Of a stretch of 64,000 nucleotides of DNA, positions 25,560 through 38,623 are shown in pieces. Origin of the DNA: Lama guanicoe (lineage: Eukaryota). The stretch lies in the NCBI GenBank assembly GCA_013239625.1, contig MU053588.1, forward strand, positions 459,988-523,987, read 5' to 3'. The notes below the pieces were generated by a model, which worked only from the letters and a program-made list of their open reading frames with translations, was not told where the DNA came from and made no database searches. Both the position numbers and the translations under genes were made by a program. Every line of letters starts with the position of its first letter. Positions within the stretch are counted from its first letter, which is position 1.

Positions 25560-28540
25560 AAATGAATCAATTTAACAAAAAACAGTTACTAGTCATTATG
25601 AAATAGATAATTTGAATAACCCTATATAACTATTAAGGAACTTGAATTCATAATTTTGAATTTCCCAAAAAATTAATCACCAGGCTCAGTTTCCCTGGAG
25701 AATTCTACTAAACTTTTGTTTTTAAGTTTCCATGTGAACAGCAGTTGAACTGCCAAAGATTTAAAGAATTAACTCCAATTCTAGACAGTCTCTTCCAGAA
25801 GCACAGGATCACTTATGAAGCCAGTATTGACTTGATAGCAAAACCAGACATTCCAAAAAGAAGAAAACTACAGACCAATATTTCTCATGAATATAGTTGC
25901 AAACTCCATAGCAAAATACTAATAGAATTTATCAGCATGTAAAGAATTATATTCACCATGCCAAGTAGGGTTTATTCTATGCATGCTAGACTGGTTCAGT
26001 ATTTGAAAATCAATGTAATCTACCGTTTTAACAGATCAAAAAAGAATATTACTTGATCATATCAATTATACTGAAAATGTACTTGACAAGTTCATAGCCC
26101 ATTCATCATTTTCTTAAAAAACTCTTGGAAACTAGGAATAAATGGGAGAACTTCCTCAACCTATAAAGAATATTTACAACAAGCCTACAGTTAACATCAG
26201 ATGTAATGGTGAATGACCTGAGTGCTTTCTTTATCCCTAAGATTGGGTACAAGGCAAGGACATTCACTCTCACCACTACTACTCAACATAGCTCTATACA
26301 TTCTGCCCAGTGAAATAAAGCACAACAGAAATAAAAATGCATACAGCTCAGAAAGGAGTGCCTAAAACTCTTCCTTTTTGCAGATGATGAAATGGTTTAT
26401 GTAGAAAATCTCAAGGAATCTACTACATAAGAAATTTCTAGAAGTAATGAGTAATTTTAGCAAGGTCACAAGATACTAGATCAACTTGCAAAATTAATTA
26501 TATTTCTATTACTAGCAATGAACACATGGAAACAAAAGTACAATAGCATTTACAATCGCCTCAAGAATTAAATACCTAGGTGCAAATCAAACAAAACAAG
26601 TATAGGACTCTTTGCAGATAAATACAAAACACTGACAAAAGAAATCTAAGGTCTAAATAAGTTGAGAGACAGTCCTTGTTCAGAGACTGGAAATTCAACA
26701 CAGTAAAAATGTCCATTCTCCCCAAACTGATACACAATTTAATGTAATTACTATAAAAATCTTAATAAATTTTGTATACAATATGCTAAAATTTATTTTG
26801 AGAAACAAACTAGAATAGCTAATACAATTCTGAAAAAGAAGAGTTAAATGGTAGGACTCCCTCTACGCAATTTTAAGACTAATTACATAGCTATAATAAT
26901 CTATGGTATGATATTGTCAGGGGTTAGATATTTAAGTTGATGGAAGAAAACAAAGGATAAAGAAATAGCCCCACACAAGTATGGCAAATGGATTTGTGAC
27001 AAAGATGTAACTTAATACAATAAAAGATGGATAGTCTTTTCAACAAATGGTGCTGGAGTAACTAAATACCCATAGGCAAAATAATCTATCTAAACCTCAC
27101 ACTACAAACAAAATTTAACTTGTAATGGATAATAGGTTTAAACTGTAAACTGTAAAAGTGTCAAATTTTTAGAAGATAAAACATGAGAAGATACTTCTGA
27201 TCTATTTACTGGTAGCAACATGACAGTACACATAACACCAAAAGCATGATCATAAAAGAAATGATTGGACTTCATCAAAATATAAAACTTCTGCTCTGCT
27301 AAAACCTTGTTAAGTAGATGAAAAGACAAGCTATAGATTGGGAGAAAAATTTGCATACCAACCAGAACTCCAACAAACCCAGATAATCCAACAGAAGGAC
27401 CCATAAATATATAAAGCACCCAAAACTCAAAAAGTTTTTTTAAAAAACAAACAGTATGTTTAGAAAATGGGCAAAAGGCATGAAGAGGTATTTCACCAAA
27501 GAGAATTTATGGAAGAGGTTAAAGTCCAGTGGTTAGGGTGCCTGCTTAGCATGCATGAGGTTCTGGGTTCAATCCCCAGTACCTCCACTAAGACAAATAA
27601 GCCTAATTATCTCCCTGCCCTCCCCCCCAGAAAAAACCCAGAGAGAGCTTATGGATGGCAAATAAGTGCATGAAATGATATTCAATGTCACAGCCATTAG
27701 CAAAAAGCAAACATGAAACTATGATGAGAAACCACCACGTGCCTATCAGAAAATCTAAAAAATAACAATACCATAAATTCTGGCAAGGATGTGGAGAAAC
27801 TCAATCTCATATATTCCTGGTGGGAATGTAAAATGGTACAGCCACTCTGGAAAAATAGTTTGGCAGTTCTTTAAAAAAAAAAAAGAAAACTTACCGTTTA
27901 ACTCAGCAGTTGTACACCTGGACATCCCAGAGAAATGAAGGATTTAGCCCACACAGAGTTGTTCTGTGATTGTTCACAGCAGCTTTATCTGTAGTAACCA
28001 AAAATGGAAACAACAAAAATGGTCCTCCATACCCTGTAATAACACTTAGCATTAAAAAAAGGAATGAACTATGGATACAAGTTAACAATTTAGATAGATC
28101 TCAAGAATATTATGCTGAGTTCTGAAAGCCAACCTCAAAAGGTCACATACTGTACAATTCCATTTATATAACATCCTTGAAATGACAAAATTACAGAGAT
28201 GTGAAATAGGTGAATGGTTTCCAGGGATTAGGGATGGTGGAGAGGGGTGCAGGTATGATTTATAAAGGGGTAGCGTGAGAAAGATCTTTGTGGGGTGAAA
28301 TAGTTCTGTATCTTGACTGCAGTGGTGATTACATGAATCTATGTACATGATAAAATGACATAACTATATATACATGTTGTCCCAATGTCTAATTCCATGG
28401 TTTGATATTGTACCATAATTACATAAGATGTAACCATTGATAGATACTGATTGACGTATAATCAGGACTATCTTTGTACTATCTTTGCAACTCCCTGTAT
28501 ATCTATAATTATTTCAAAATTTAAAAGTAAAAAAAAAAAC
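25560..28540 (+). mobile_element. Old L1 (L1MC-like) ORF2 and 3' end, decayed
   Basis: Continuous degenerate L1 ORF2 sequence ending in an L1MC-like 3' UTR and A tail at about 28530. Confidence 0.75.
27511..27640 (+). mobile_element. tRNA-derived SINE (vic-1-like)
   Basis: 'gcttagcatgcatgaggttctgggttcaatccccagtacctcc'; imperfect TSD agaga(at/gc)ttatgg. Confidence 0.8.
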
Positions 28541-28842
28541 TTCAATAAATGGGCTGAAAAGGGGAATGTACACAGCTGAATTATGAATTAGAAAACCAGA
28601 AGATTAAATTGCAATATAGTCCAGAAGAAACCTAATATGACAGAGATGCAAAGTGTGGAACAAAACTTGACATAAAAGATGGTATCGATTTTCCACCATC
28701 CATTTAATATGTCCCAGAAAGCAACAGATAATTGAGGAGAGAGAATGTTTGAAGTAGTAATCAATGAAAATTACCTCAAAATAAAGAATGATGTAAGCCC
28801 TCAATTTAAAAGAGGCCCACGAAGTTAATAAAAATCTATTTA

Positions 28843-28896
28843 ACTATGACATATTTTTCATTTTAACTAATACTATGACATATTTTTCATTTTAAC
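28843..28896 (+). repeat. Short tandem duplication
   Basis: 'actatgacatatttttcattttaac' occurs twice in tandem. Confidence 0.8.
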
Positions 28897-29389
28897 GTCT
28901 ATGAAACTGAAATGCATCTTTATAACAGTGACATGTCATAGTTTAATTTGATGTTTTCTTTCCTTTTCAATGGTACATAAAACAACTGTGGTCCTAAACG
29001 TGATGTCTTTGAAAAAGTTAAGTTAAAAATATCTACACTTAGGCACATTTTAGCAAAATTTCCAAAAATAAATAAAAAGATAAAACACTGAAAGTTTTGA
29101 GAAAGATTTGTAAAAGTTTACTTACATAGGAATAAGAAATCGATTAACATTATATGTACTTGCACAATTATACTCATGTAAGAAGAGAGCGGAGTGACTC
29201 TTCAAATTCAGAGATAAGAAAGCAATTTTGTACTTATACTTCCAGATGCGCCAAATTTAAGCGTCAGTAAAATAAATTACCTACTTCAGAAAGCCTCTCT
29301 GAATGTATTCCTGGAAGCTGTAATTCAACAAAAAGACAAAATAACAAAACAACAGAAATGAGGTGACATAAACAAGAGTTGTTAAATAG

Positions 29390-29745
29390 GTTTTTTTTAT
29401 TATAGTCAGTTTACCAATGTTGCATCAATCTCTGGTGTACAGCATAATGTTTCAGTCATAAGTATACATACATATATTCCTTTTCATATTCTGTTTCATT
29501 ATAGATTACTACAAGATACTGAATATAGTTCTCTGTGCTACACAGTATAAATTTGTTGTTTATCTATTTTATATATAGTAGTTAGTATCTTCAAGTCTCG
29601 AATTCCTAGTTTCTCTCTTTGCGCCACCTTCCCCTCTGGTAACCATAGGTTTGTTTTCTATGTCTGTGAGTCTGTTTCTGTTTTGAAATAAGTTACGATG
29701 TGTCCTTTTTTTTAGATTCCACATATAAGTGATATCATATAGTGA
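29390..29745 (-). mobile_element. 5'-truncated L1 3' end
   Basis: Poly(T), L1 3' UTR, flanked by near-identical 'taaat(a/t)ggttttt'. Confidence 0.8.
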
Positions 29746-29765
29746 TAAATTGGTTTTTAAAAATT

Positions 29766-30200
29766 GTCGGGGGGGGGGGCACATGCTCCCTACCCAGCAG
29801 TCCTCGCAGTGCACGCAGCTGACACCTTGGGCACCAAGATGGCTCATCCTCCAGTGAAGGAGAAGAAACTCATGGATGTCAAAATAAGGGAGCTGCCACA
29901 CTGTATACTGATGCAGGATTTCACCCTTAAAGGCACTGGTGAAGCATTTCAAAGAGGTTACTGCCTGCATGACACAAAGTATGTCAATGTAAAAAAATTT
30001 AGCACCTGGAGTTTCTATGGAGCTGGCGATTTACCTGCTTTTCAGCTACTGCCTTTAGGACAGGTAACTCAAATGTGAGTGGCTATGCAGGTATCAATGA
30101 AGAGGGCCCCATGTGGAGGGTGCACTCCATCACTGACCATGACCTTTGCTTGGGACCCCTCAGATCCTAATAGAGAATTAACACCCAATAAAAGATGACT
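29766..30200 (+). pseudogene. ATP5MF: Processed pseudogene of ATP synthase membrane subunit f (ATP5MF/ATP5J2)
   Basis: From ATG 29839: MAHPPVKEKKLMDVKIRELPHCILMQDFTLKGTGEAFQRGYCLHDTKYVNVKK, resembling ATP5MF (…VKLGELPSWILMRDFTP.GIAGAFQRGYYRYYNKYVNVKK). Intronless, frameshifted after VNVKK, AATAAA at 30187-30192, A tail at about 30349-30360. Confidence 0.88.
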
Positions 30201-30202
30201 GG

Positions 30203-30340
30203 GGCGGGGAGGGTATAGTTCAAGCGGTAGCTTGCATGCTTAGCATGCACAAGGTCCTGGGTTCGATCCCTAGTACCTCCTCTAAAAATAAATAAATAAA
30301 TAAACCTAATTACCTCTCCCACCCCCACCCCCCAAAAAAA
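30203..30340 (+). mobile_element. tRNA-derived SINE (vic-1-like) inserted into the pseudogene 3' end
   Basis: SINE head and tail; 'gactgg' duplicated on both sides. Confidence 0.85.
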
Positions 30341-33300
30341 GACTGGTTAAAAAAAAATAATGCCTAAACTAGCACTGATTATAAAAATGCCAAGTAACAG
30401 TTTGGAAATAAAATTCTACATGATATTAAAACAGAATATAGAGATGAGGAAAGGGGGATCAGAAAGTAGAAGAGTGTCATGGTTCTTATTCAGGAGAAGG
30501 CTAGATGGCTTTAGTGAGGATTTCACAGAATTCCTTAATTAAAGGTTTCGGAGTTTTGTTTTCATTTAAGGTAACCATAAACTTATGGCAATAGCAAACA
30601 TCATACTTAAAGAGGAACATTAGAAACACTCGCATTAATTCAAGAACCAAGAGAAGAAAATAATTCTTCTACCATTCAGATTATACTGGCACTCTGAGTC
30701 AAAGCAATAAATAAAATTTAAATGTAAAAAATGGGTAGGAGGTATAAACTATCATTTTCAAACAACCTGGTCATCTTAGTAAATAAGACAATTTCCTGGA
30801 AAACTTTAAAAAATATTTTTCATCACGGTTGCTATCTTCATGCAAAAATCAATACCTTTCTTGGATACTAGTAATGATTAATAAACAGTATAATCAAATA
30901 GTCCCAATCATGAAATCAACAAAATTTATATCTACTATCTATGGATTAACCAAGCAAGGAATAGCAAGCTCTTTATCTAAAAGTGTAAAGACTTAACAAG
31001 ACACAGATGAACACCTGCTTAAAGAGAGAAACTAGTATTAATGATGGAAGACTCAATATTATAAAAAATGTCCATTTTTATTTTTCCCTTTAAGCATGTT
31101 GGCTGCCTAGATTATAATGAAACCGCTTGTTGCAGTTTAACAGAATTCCTTTGGTAAATAGGCATATATGGATGATCTTGAGTTTTTTCATTGTGCTTCT
31201 GTGTATCTTCTCAGTTTTTAGAAAAATTTATAAAAAGCAAGTGTTTAAAGTGTTTAGAAAGATTTAATACTGTCATATATTAAAGGATATTAAAATAGCA
31301 ATAGTAATTATAATAGTGTGATGTTTTATGCATTTTCCTGTGTCTACATACTATAATGTGTACATGTATATATTTATGAACATATATATAAAATATATAT
31401 GTACATACATATTTTGGAAAAGGCAGCAGGAAACAATGATGGAGGAAGAATTATTCAATAACTAGTACAGTGTAAAAAGTTGATTAAAAAGGTCACATTA
31501 GAGCCTCAGTTAATTACACCCCTCCACAAATTGGGATGATAGAAAATTACATATCAAAGCTACCAGCAAATTAAGTCATAACATTAGAAGCAAAGAGCTA
31601 TGAAAGTTGTATATATCTCATAAATTTAAGATCAGAAATAAAGGTAATTTCCAAGGATGTAACTGTATCGTTAGTAAAAGCTTTGATCTAAACTAAGATT
31701 CATGATCAAAAGAAACAGTGAAAATTTTTGCAACGAGATAGTGTTAATGTTTCATAGTATACAAGTGCATTCCTATTGACAAGGGGCATATTAAAGACAA
31801 TAACAGCAAAAACAGGTAAAGGACCTGAGCAGCCAATGTACACATATAAGCAAACAATTGTGGAAAATATGTCTGTACATAAGAAATAGCAATAAACATA
31901 AATAATAAACAGAACAGAATATTATTTTTATCCTTGGATATATACTTAGAGGTGGCATTGAGGGTCATAGGACAGTGTATCTTTCTCTCAGTTTTGTAGA
32001 AAAGATAAAGATACTCTTATAAGAGCTAGTGTGTTTATGCTGAATGACTTTTCTTTAATCCTTTGTGTTCCCAATACCTACCTGAACAAATCTATGTTCT
32101 CTAAGGATAACTACGTACGTTGCATTACTGCTTAGAAAAGTATGGCTAGCAGTTCCTGAGTGATGAATGTATCAGTTAAGTCTCATTGCTGTTTTCCTTC
32201 ATGTCTTCCTGACCTTCTAGCCATAATGTTCTTCAAAAGCTGTTGAAACATCTTATCCTAATAATCTCACTTTGTGTCTAACATCAGTGTAATAAAAAAT
32301 GTAAAAGACATGTAGCTTACTGCATGAATTCATTCACTTCCCGAGGTCCCATGGCTTTAAAACAATTTGGTGCTTGCTAGCATGCCTTCCATCTACATCT
32401 TCAGAGGTACATCATCTGACTTCTTCTAGAGGCCTTTATCATCCCCTGCTTTAGATTTATTCTTTTAAGGATTACATTTTTCCTGCTTAATTATAAAGAT
32501 CCAAAGGATAACAACTATATTTTTAATGCTAATCTCCAAACCCTAGCACAGGGCCTGGCATATTGTAATTAATAAATGTCTGATAGTTATGGAGAAATTC
32601 AATGTATTCAATCATTGGGAAAGAGCTATAAAATGTACAATGATATGTGCACATGGATATATATCAAGAAATAATGTATAATAAGCAAAAGTTAGAAACA
32701 AATACCTAATAAAAGGTAAATAAATTATGATCACAATAAGGTGATACATTGATCACCAATAAGGTAATCAATAATGATGGCATAGCCCACAAACCTGTTA
32801 AGAACAATATTCCTGATGAATTACTGAGATGGAAGGCATTAAAAAAATGCTTGACAGTGGGAGGTGATATTCAGTCATACTTTTTAAATGGGCTTTGTCA
32901 AACTTCCTAGATGTGAATCTCAGCTATCACAGTAACTAACCATCATGCTCTTGGACAAGTTAGTTTTGGGGGACAGTTTCATCATCTTATTTTAAAACGG
33001 TGATAATAACTTAGGGCTAAGTAAAATACAATGAACAGATTCTGAAAACATACAATTGAAGCCCCAGAAGAAGGAAAAAAATAGAGAATGGGGCAGAATA
33101 ATATTTGAAAAGATATTAGCTGGAAAATTCCCCAAACTAAATCCATCAGGCCATGGTTCAAAGAAGCTCTCAAAAGCCCAAGAAGAATAAATACACAGAA
33201 AATTCTGCTGAAAATCAAAGAAAACGGAAATGACAAAAAGTAGTGAGAAGTAACAAAACTGAGAGCTGCCTCTCCAAGATAAAACTAAAGCCATAATAAT

Positions 33301-33379
33301 GAAGTGATCTTTTCATCATCTGAAATAAATGTCAGACCAGAATTCTATACCACATAAAAACAGCCCTCAAAGAAGTGGA

Positions 33380-33850
33380 CTGGGCACTTATTCTTGAAAT
33401 GGGTCTGCCTTACCTGGATATAATTCCACAATACTGAACGTGCTGTTCATCACCATATTGTCCCACTCAGCACTGATTTTGACTATGGAACTCATTACAC
33501 AGCAGAAGAAGTGAATCAAGAGCTAATATCCATGGATTCACTAGGTTTAGGCACACATCTCCAGAATTAACTGACACTATACAACGCTGGAAAGACCTAC
33601 TGAAGAATCCATTATGTTATCAGCTAAGAGGAATATCATGTAATGTTGGGGACAGTGTCCTGTAAAACGTATTTACCTTAAACCAGAGATGAATACATTG
33701 TACTATTTCTCCAGTAAACTTATATATACAGATGGGTTCAGGAACCAAAAGTGGAAGGAAGTCACCCTAGATATTCTTGTATCTCACCACAATTTTTGCT
33801 TCCCATCACTACAATATTGCGTTATGCTAGTTTAGAGATCTTACTTGTAT
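33380..33850 (+). mobile_element. Old ERV-L internal fragment (integrase region), no LTR seen
   Basis: Degenerate ERV-L integrase-like sequence 'gactatggaactcattacacagcagaagaagtg', 'acaacgctggaaagacctactgaag', 'gggttcaggaaccaaaagtggaa'. Confidence 0.55.
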
Positions 33851-34476
33851 TCTGATAAAATTTAAATTCTCAGTTTCCATTCCTAGCCAAAAAGAATCAC
33901 AGCATACAAGATAAAGACCTTTTGCACTTTCTGAGATAAGCAGATGCTGGCTAGCATTTGTGGAAGATGTGCCAGAGAGCTAAAACTGTCATCATCCTGT
34001 GCCAGCAATAAGGCAGCTCCATCACACTGTATCTGGAAATCTGCTCAGGCTGTGTGTTTTGAGCACAGTCCTGACTACCAAGATACCCCAGGAATAACCT
34101 GCCTAGGTTTTCCTCCCAGCTGGTGGACAACTTCAGATGCTCTGTGTACATGAAGCCTGTCTACCATCCTCACCTTGCAGTAACCAGGAACTTGATTTAA
34201 ATGGGAACCACAGAGTCATAATATAAACCCCAAAATATTGAGGATACAATAATTATATATACACACACATCAAAAATTGGGGGAAATCTCAAAGCAAATG
34301 ACAAAGAAATAATAGATGTCAACAGGAAGTTGATACAGATATTGGAATTATCTGACATGGATTTTTTTTGACATGGATTTTTAACTACAAAAACTCATCC
34401 AAGATGAATAGTCTGATACTTGTTAAAGTAATTAAATCCATAAATTACAACCTTCAGAAGAAGACATCTCCAGGCC

Positions 34477-34960
34477 TGTATATAGTCAGGGTTTTTCAGA
34501 GAAAAACAGTACCAATAGGATATAAAAGGAGATTTGTAATGAGGCCTTGCCTTATGTGATTATGGAGGCTGAGAAATCCCCTGATCTGCCATGTGCAAAA
34601 TGGAGATGCAGAAAAGCCAATGGTATAATTCAGAGTCCAGAGACCTGAGAATCAGTGGAGCCAATGATGTAGATCCCAGTCTGAGGACAGGAGGAGATGA
34701 GGTGAGATGTCCCAGCTCAAGCAATGGGTACAAAAACAGATGAGGTGAGAATTTCTCCTCCCTCTATTTGTTCTATTCAGGCCCTCAATGGACTGGATAA
34801 TGCCCACCCACATTGGAGAGGGCAACTTGCTTTACAGAGTCCACTGACTCAGATGCTAATCTCACTCAGAAACACCCTCACAGACATACCCAGAAATATT
34901 TAGCCAGATATCTGGGCGTCCTCTGATCCAGTCAAGTTGACACAAAATTTAACTATTACA
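34477..34960 (-). mobile_element. MLT2-type (ERV-L) LTR; 3' LTR of the composite provirus
   Basis: TG...CA termini; minus strand starts TGTAATAGTTAAATTTTGTGTCAACTTGACTGG (MLT2 signature), preceded by purine-rich GGGGTGGATA. Confidence 0.85.
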
Positions 34961-35779
34961 TATCCACCCCATGTCAGTTTGGCACTCATAGTGTTCTCCA
35001 TAAATCATACTTAATCTCCAAATAAAAACAATAACAAGGCCATAATTTCACCTAACATAATACAGCTGTCCTGGGTACAACTCACTTTTTCCCCAGAAGA
35101 GGATGAAAAGTCCTTGGGTGATCTTTTACTTTTCTCCTAGGTACCCTATAACCTAAATACTATGATGTAAAATTAACAATACTAGATACTATGGTATGAA
35201 AGTCAATCCTTGAAGACTATGATGTAAAGTTACATGATAAGGAAACAAGAAAGAAAAGAAGTCCAGGATGAACACACATTCATAACAAAATCAGGAGGCA
35301 TACTCATGACAATTACAGCCCTTATTTCTATAACTAGTCACTTGATCGTGCTTCTTTACCAGATTTCCATTCCTGAAAGGTCTGGGTCTTTAGTAGTCTT
35401 GCCTGGATTGAGCTGTTTTCCACTGACCTTAGTCACAGGTAATAAGAGATGCTCTGTGATCGCCTGTATTCCAGACGTACTCTTCCTTACCTCCACTGTG
35501 GAACAGTAGTCCAGTTTCTCCTTGGTAGTCAGGATCAGTCACTGAACCAACGCTGTAAACTCTTCTTTGCCCATTGATTCAGAGGTGTGAGGCCAAAGTG
35601 GCAGGAGGAAGTCTGAAGTTCCAGTTCACTGGAATCGTTGTTGTGTCACCTGGTGGAAGCAGTCTTCCCTCTGGAACCAAGACCTCTAACCCAGCAGGGC
35701 ATAAAGTCATGGGAACAAGAAGCATAAATTTTGATAGTGGGTCACTAGGGGTAACAGTGATACCACTCCCATTTCCAGC

Positions 35780-36951
35780 TGTAAAGGAAAACCTAGTTTT
35801 TCCCTGGGTGCTTCTTCCATGTGTGTCCTCTTTACTACTCAAAAGGAAATTTACTTCTGAGACTTCTGCTCACCAAATGTGTGTGTGGGGACCCTGCATC
35901 CCCACCAAGTAATCCTGTGCAACACCAGCTGGGTGTCCTACAATTCAACTCAGTTCTAACACCATTTGCCTAGAAATAGTATCAGACACACAGGTTAAGG
36001 GCTCAGTCCCACAAGACTACTCCCCACTTCAGATGCCAATTTCAAGTAGTAGGTCTCCATGTTTACAGCTTCTATTTTGAATTTGGCTACAAACTCACGG
36101 TTCCCATGCCTCCCTCCCTCAGGTTCAAGTAACCTGCTAGAGCAGTTCATGGAACTCAGGGAAGCACTTGCATTTACCTGTTTGCTGTAGAATATGATAA
36201 AGGATACAGATGAACAGCCAAATGAAGACACATAGGGTGAGACCTGGGAGAACCCCAAACACAGGAGCTTCTGTCCTCATGGAATTTATATGTCACTCTT
36301 CCGGTGTGGATGTGTTCACCAACTTTGAAATTCTTGAATCCTGTACTTTTGGGATTTTTATGGAGGCTTCATCATGGAGGCAAGATGGATCATTAATTCC
36401 ACTTCCAATCCTTCTCCCTTCTCTTGAGAAGGGTGGGCAGGGCTGAAAATTTCAAGGTTCTGATCATGCCTTAGTCTTTCTAGAGACCAGCCCTCATCCA
36501 GGAACCATCAAGGAGCCCACCTAGAGTTGCCCTGTTAGAACAGAAGATACCCCTATCACCCAGGAAACTACAAGCGTTTCAAAAGCCCTTTGTCAGGAGC
36601 CAGGTCAAAGACCAAATATTCGAATAAGATTTGCTGCTAGTGCTCTTATCTTTTAGGAAATTACAAAGGTTTTCATAGCTGAGCCAGGAACTAGAGGCAG
36701 AAACCTATGTGTATATATATACAGTTGACCCTTGAATGGGCTTGAACTGTGAGGGTCCACTTATGCATGGATTTTTTTCAATAAACACCATGAGTACTAC
36801 ACAATCCAAGTCTAGTTGAATCCATGGATGTGGAAATGCAGTTATGGAGGGCCGACTGTAAAGTTGTATGCAGATTTTCGACTGCATGAGGTGCTGGCAC
36901 CCCTAATTCCCAAACTGTTCAAGGGTCAACACAATTTTCTGTTGTCTTACA
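35780..36951 (-). mobile_element. MER21-like solo LTR nested in the ERV-L
   Basis: TG...CA termini; MER21 motifs 'acaccagctgggtgtcctacaattcaactcagttct', 'ggttaagggctcagtcccacaagact'; ERV-L sequence resumes on both sides. Confidence 0.75.
36722..36930 (+). mobile_element. Tigger2-family MITE nested in the MER21-like LTR
   Basis: CAGTTGACCCTTGAA...TTCAAGGGTCAAC inverted termini, inserted at a TA repeat. Confidence 0.82.
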
Positions 36952-38185
36952 CCACTCCTTGACTCCTGTATCCATGAATCCTGGCAACTGGAGAAATTGC
37001 CATATACTGGGTGCTGATTCAGCGCATATGCAGCCTTCTGGAGAACACAGCCTCAGCCTGCAAGGTATTGCCAACAGCTGATTGTGTAACCGAGTCTTCA
37101 AAAGGTCATCCCATCACTCTATCAAGCCAGCTGCTTCAGGATGGTGGGAAGCATGGTAAGACCAGTGAACTCCATGAGCATGGGCCCATTGCTGTACTTA
37201 TTTTACTGTAAAGTGAGTTCCTTGATCAGAAGCAATGCTGTGTGGAGTACGATGACAGTGGATAAGGCATTATGTTAGTCCATGGGTGGTAGTTTTGGCA
37301 GAAGCACTGCATGGAGGGAGGGCCAATCCATATTCAGAGTAAGTCTCTACTCTAGTAAGGACAAAATGCTGCTCTTTCCATGATGGAAGTGATTCAATTT
37401 AATCAACCTGCCACCAGGTATCTGGTTGAACACCCCTCGGGGAATGCTGTTATACTTGGGGGTTCAGTGTTTCTCTGGTGCTGGCAGAGTGAGCACACAG
37501 CAGTGGCCAGTCAGGCGAGCCCTGGTGAGTGGAAGTCCATGTTGCTGAGCTCATGCATAAAGTCCATCTTTTTCACCATGACCACTTTGGGTATTAACGG
37601 GGATGGCTAGGGAAAGAAACTGCTATCCACAGAATAGAACATCTTATCCACTCAATTATTAAAATCCTCCACTGAGATCACCCTTTAGTGAGTATTTATA
37701 CAGGACACAAATATCTTCAAAAATTTCTCAGAGTGGTCTATCCACACATCTCTTCCCCAGACTTCATTGTCACCAAATTTCCAAACATGTCCCTTTCATC
37801 ATTATCCTACATCCTTAGTAGCCATTCCCATACTTATTCCCTGGGTTTTTGTATAAATCAGAAAATCAAGTAGTCCTTTTGGAGTGTAGCACACCTCCAC
37901 AGGCCCCAAAATAAAGAGGGGTGGTGGGCATGGTTTCTGAGGAGAATCAGCATTGTTCTGCATGGTAACTGCTTCAGAAGAGGTCTTCATGGTTTCTTCA
38001 GGCAGTGCAGGGTTAATCTCCTCAGGTGGAGGTGGAAATGCTGAAGCCACTGTATAGGGATGCCACTTCCATTGGTAAAGACTCTGAACTTAGGAGCTCA
38101 ATGTCTCCAGCTTCATAGGAGTCTTCCCACATGTCCCCATGCCAATTTACAGAATCCTATTCTTTCCCAATTAATGCTGTCATTG

Positions 38186-38620
38186 TAAGTCATTAACCTT
38201 AAGTCATTTCACACTTCTTGCATTTTATTATAATCAGCCAGAAGGAGCCAAGCTACACCCTTAATTTCATTGCTCAGAAGTTCTACTTTCCACAAAACAC
38301 TAAAACACAAACACAATTTAACAAAGTTCTTTGCCACTTTATAAAAAGAATGACCTTTCCTCCAGTTTCCATTAACACGTTCCTCATTTCCACATCAGAC
38401 TGGTCTTTACTGCCATTCATAATTACTTATCCTCTAAGAAGATTGAAGTTTTTTCTTCAGCTCTCCTCTTTTCTGAGATTTCACCAGAATCAGCCTTAAC
38501 ATTCGTATTTTTTGCATGCATGTAAAAACTTTTTCAGCCTTTATCCACTCACTATTCAGCTCCAAAGCTGCTTCCTCATTTTTAGATATTTGTTACATTA
38601 GCACCCCACTTCTGGTACCA
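38186..38620 (-). mobile_element. MaLR (MLT1) internal sequence, 5' part
   Basis: Minus strand directly after the LTR reads 'aattggtaccagaagtggggtgctaatgtaacaaatatctaaaaatgaggaagcagctttggagctg', the typical MLT1-int start. Confidence 0.75.
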
Positions 38621-38623
38621 ATT

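Larger units (their letters stand above)
34961..38185 (-). mobile_element. ERV-L internal sequence (gag, pol/integrase and dUTPase remnants), internally deleted, interrupted by a MER21-like LTR
   Basis: Minus ORF 35579-35842 gives ERV-L dUTPase-region peptide TPSDPLSKF...AGLEVLVPEGRLLPPGDTTTIPVNWNFRLPP; ORF 37802-38050 gives ERV-L gag-like EEINPALPEET...QNNADSPQ; integrase motif HHPEAAGLIE near 37120-37150. Confidence 0.85.

Noticed and set aside
29764..30078. 104-aa ORF over the ATP5MF copy as a functional retrogene
   Set aside because: Non-ATG start, frameshift before the transmembrane helix, and loss of conserved residues.
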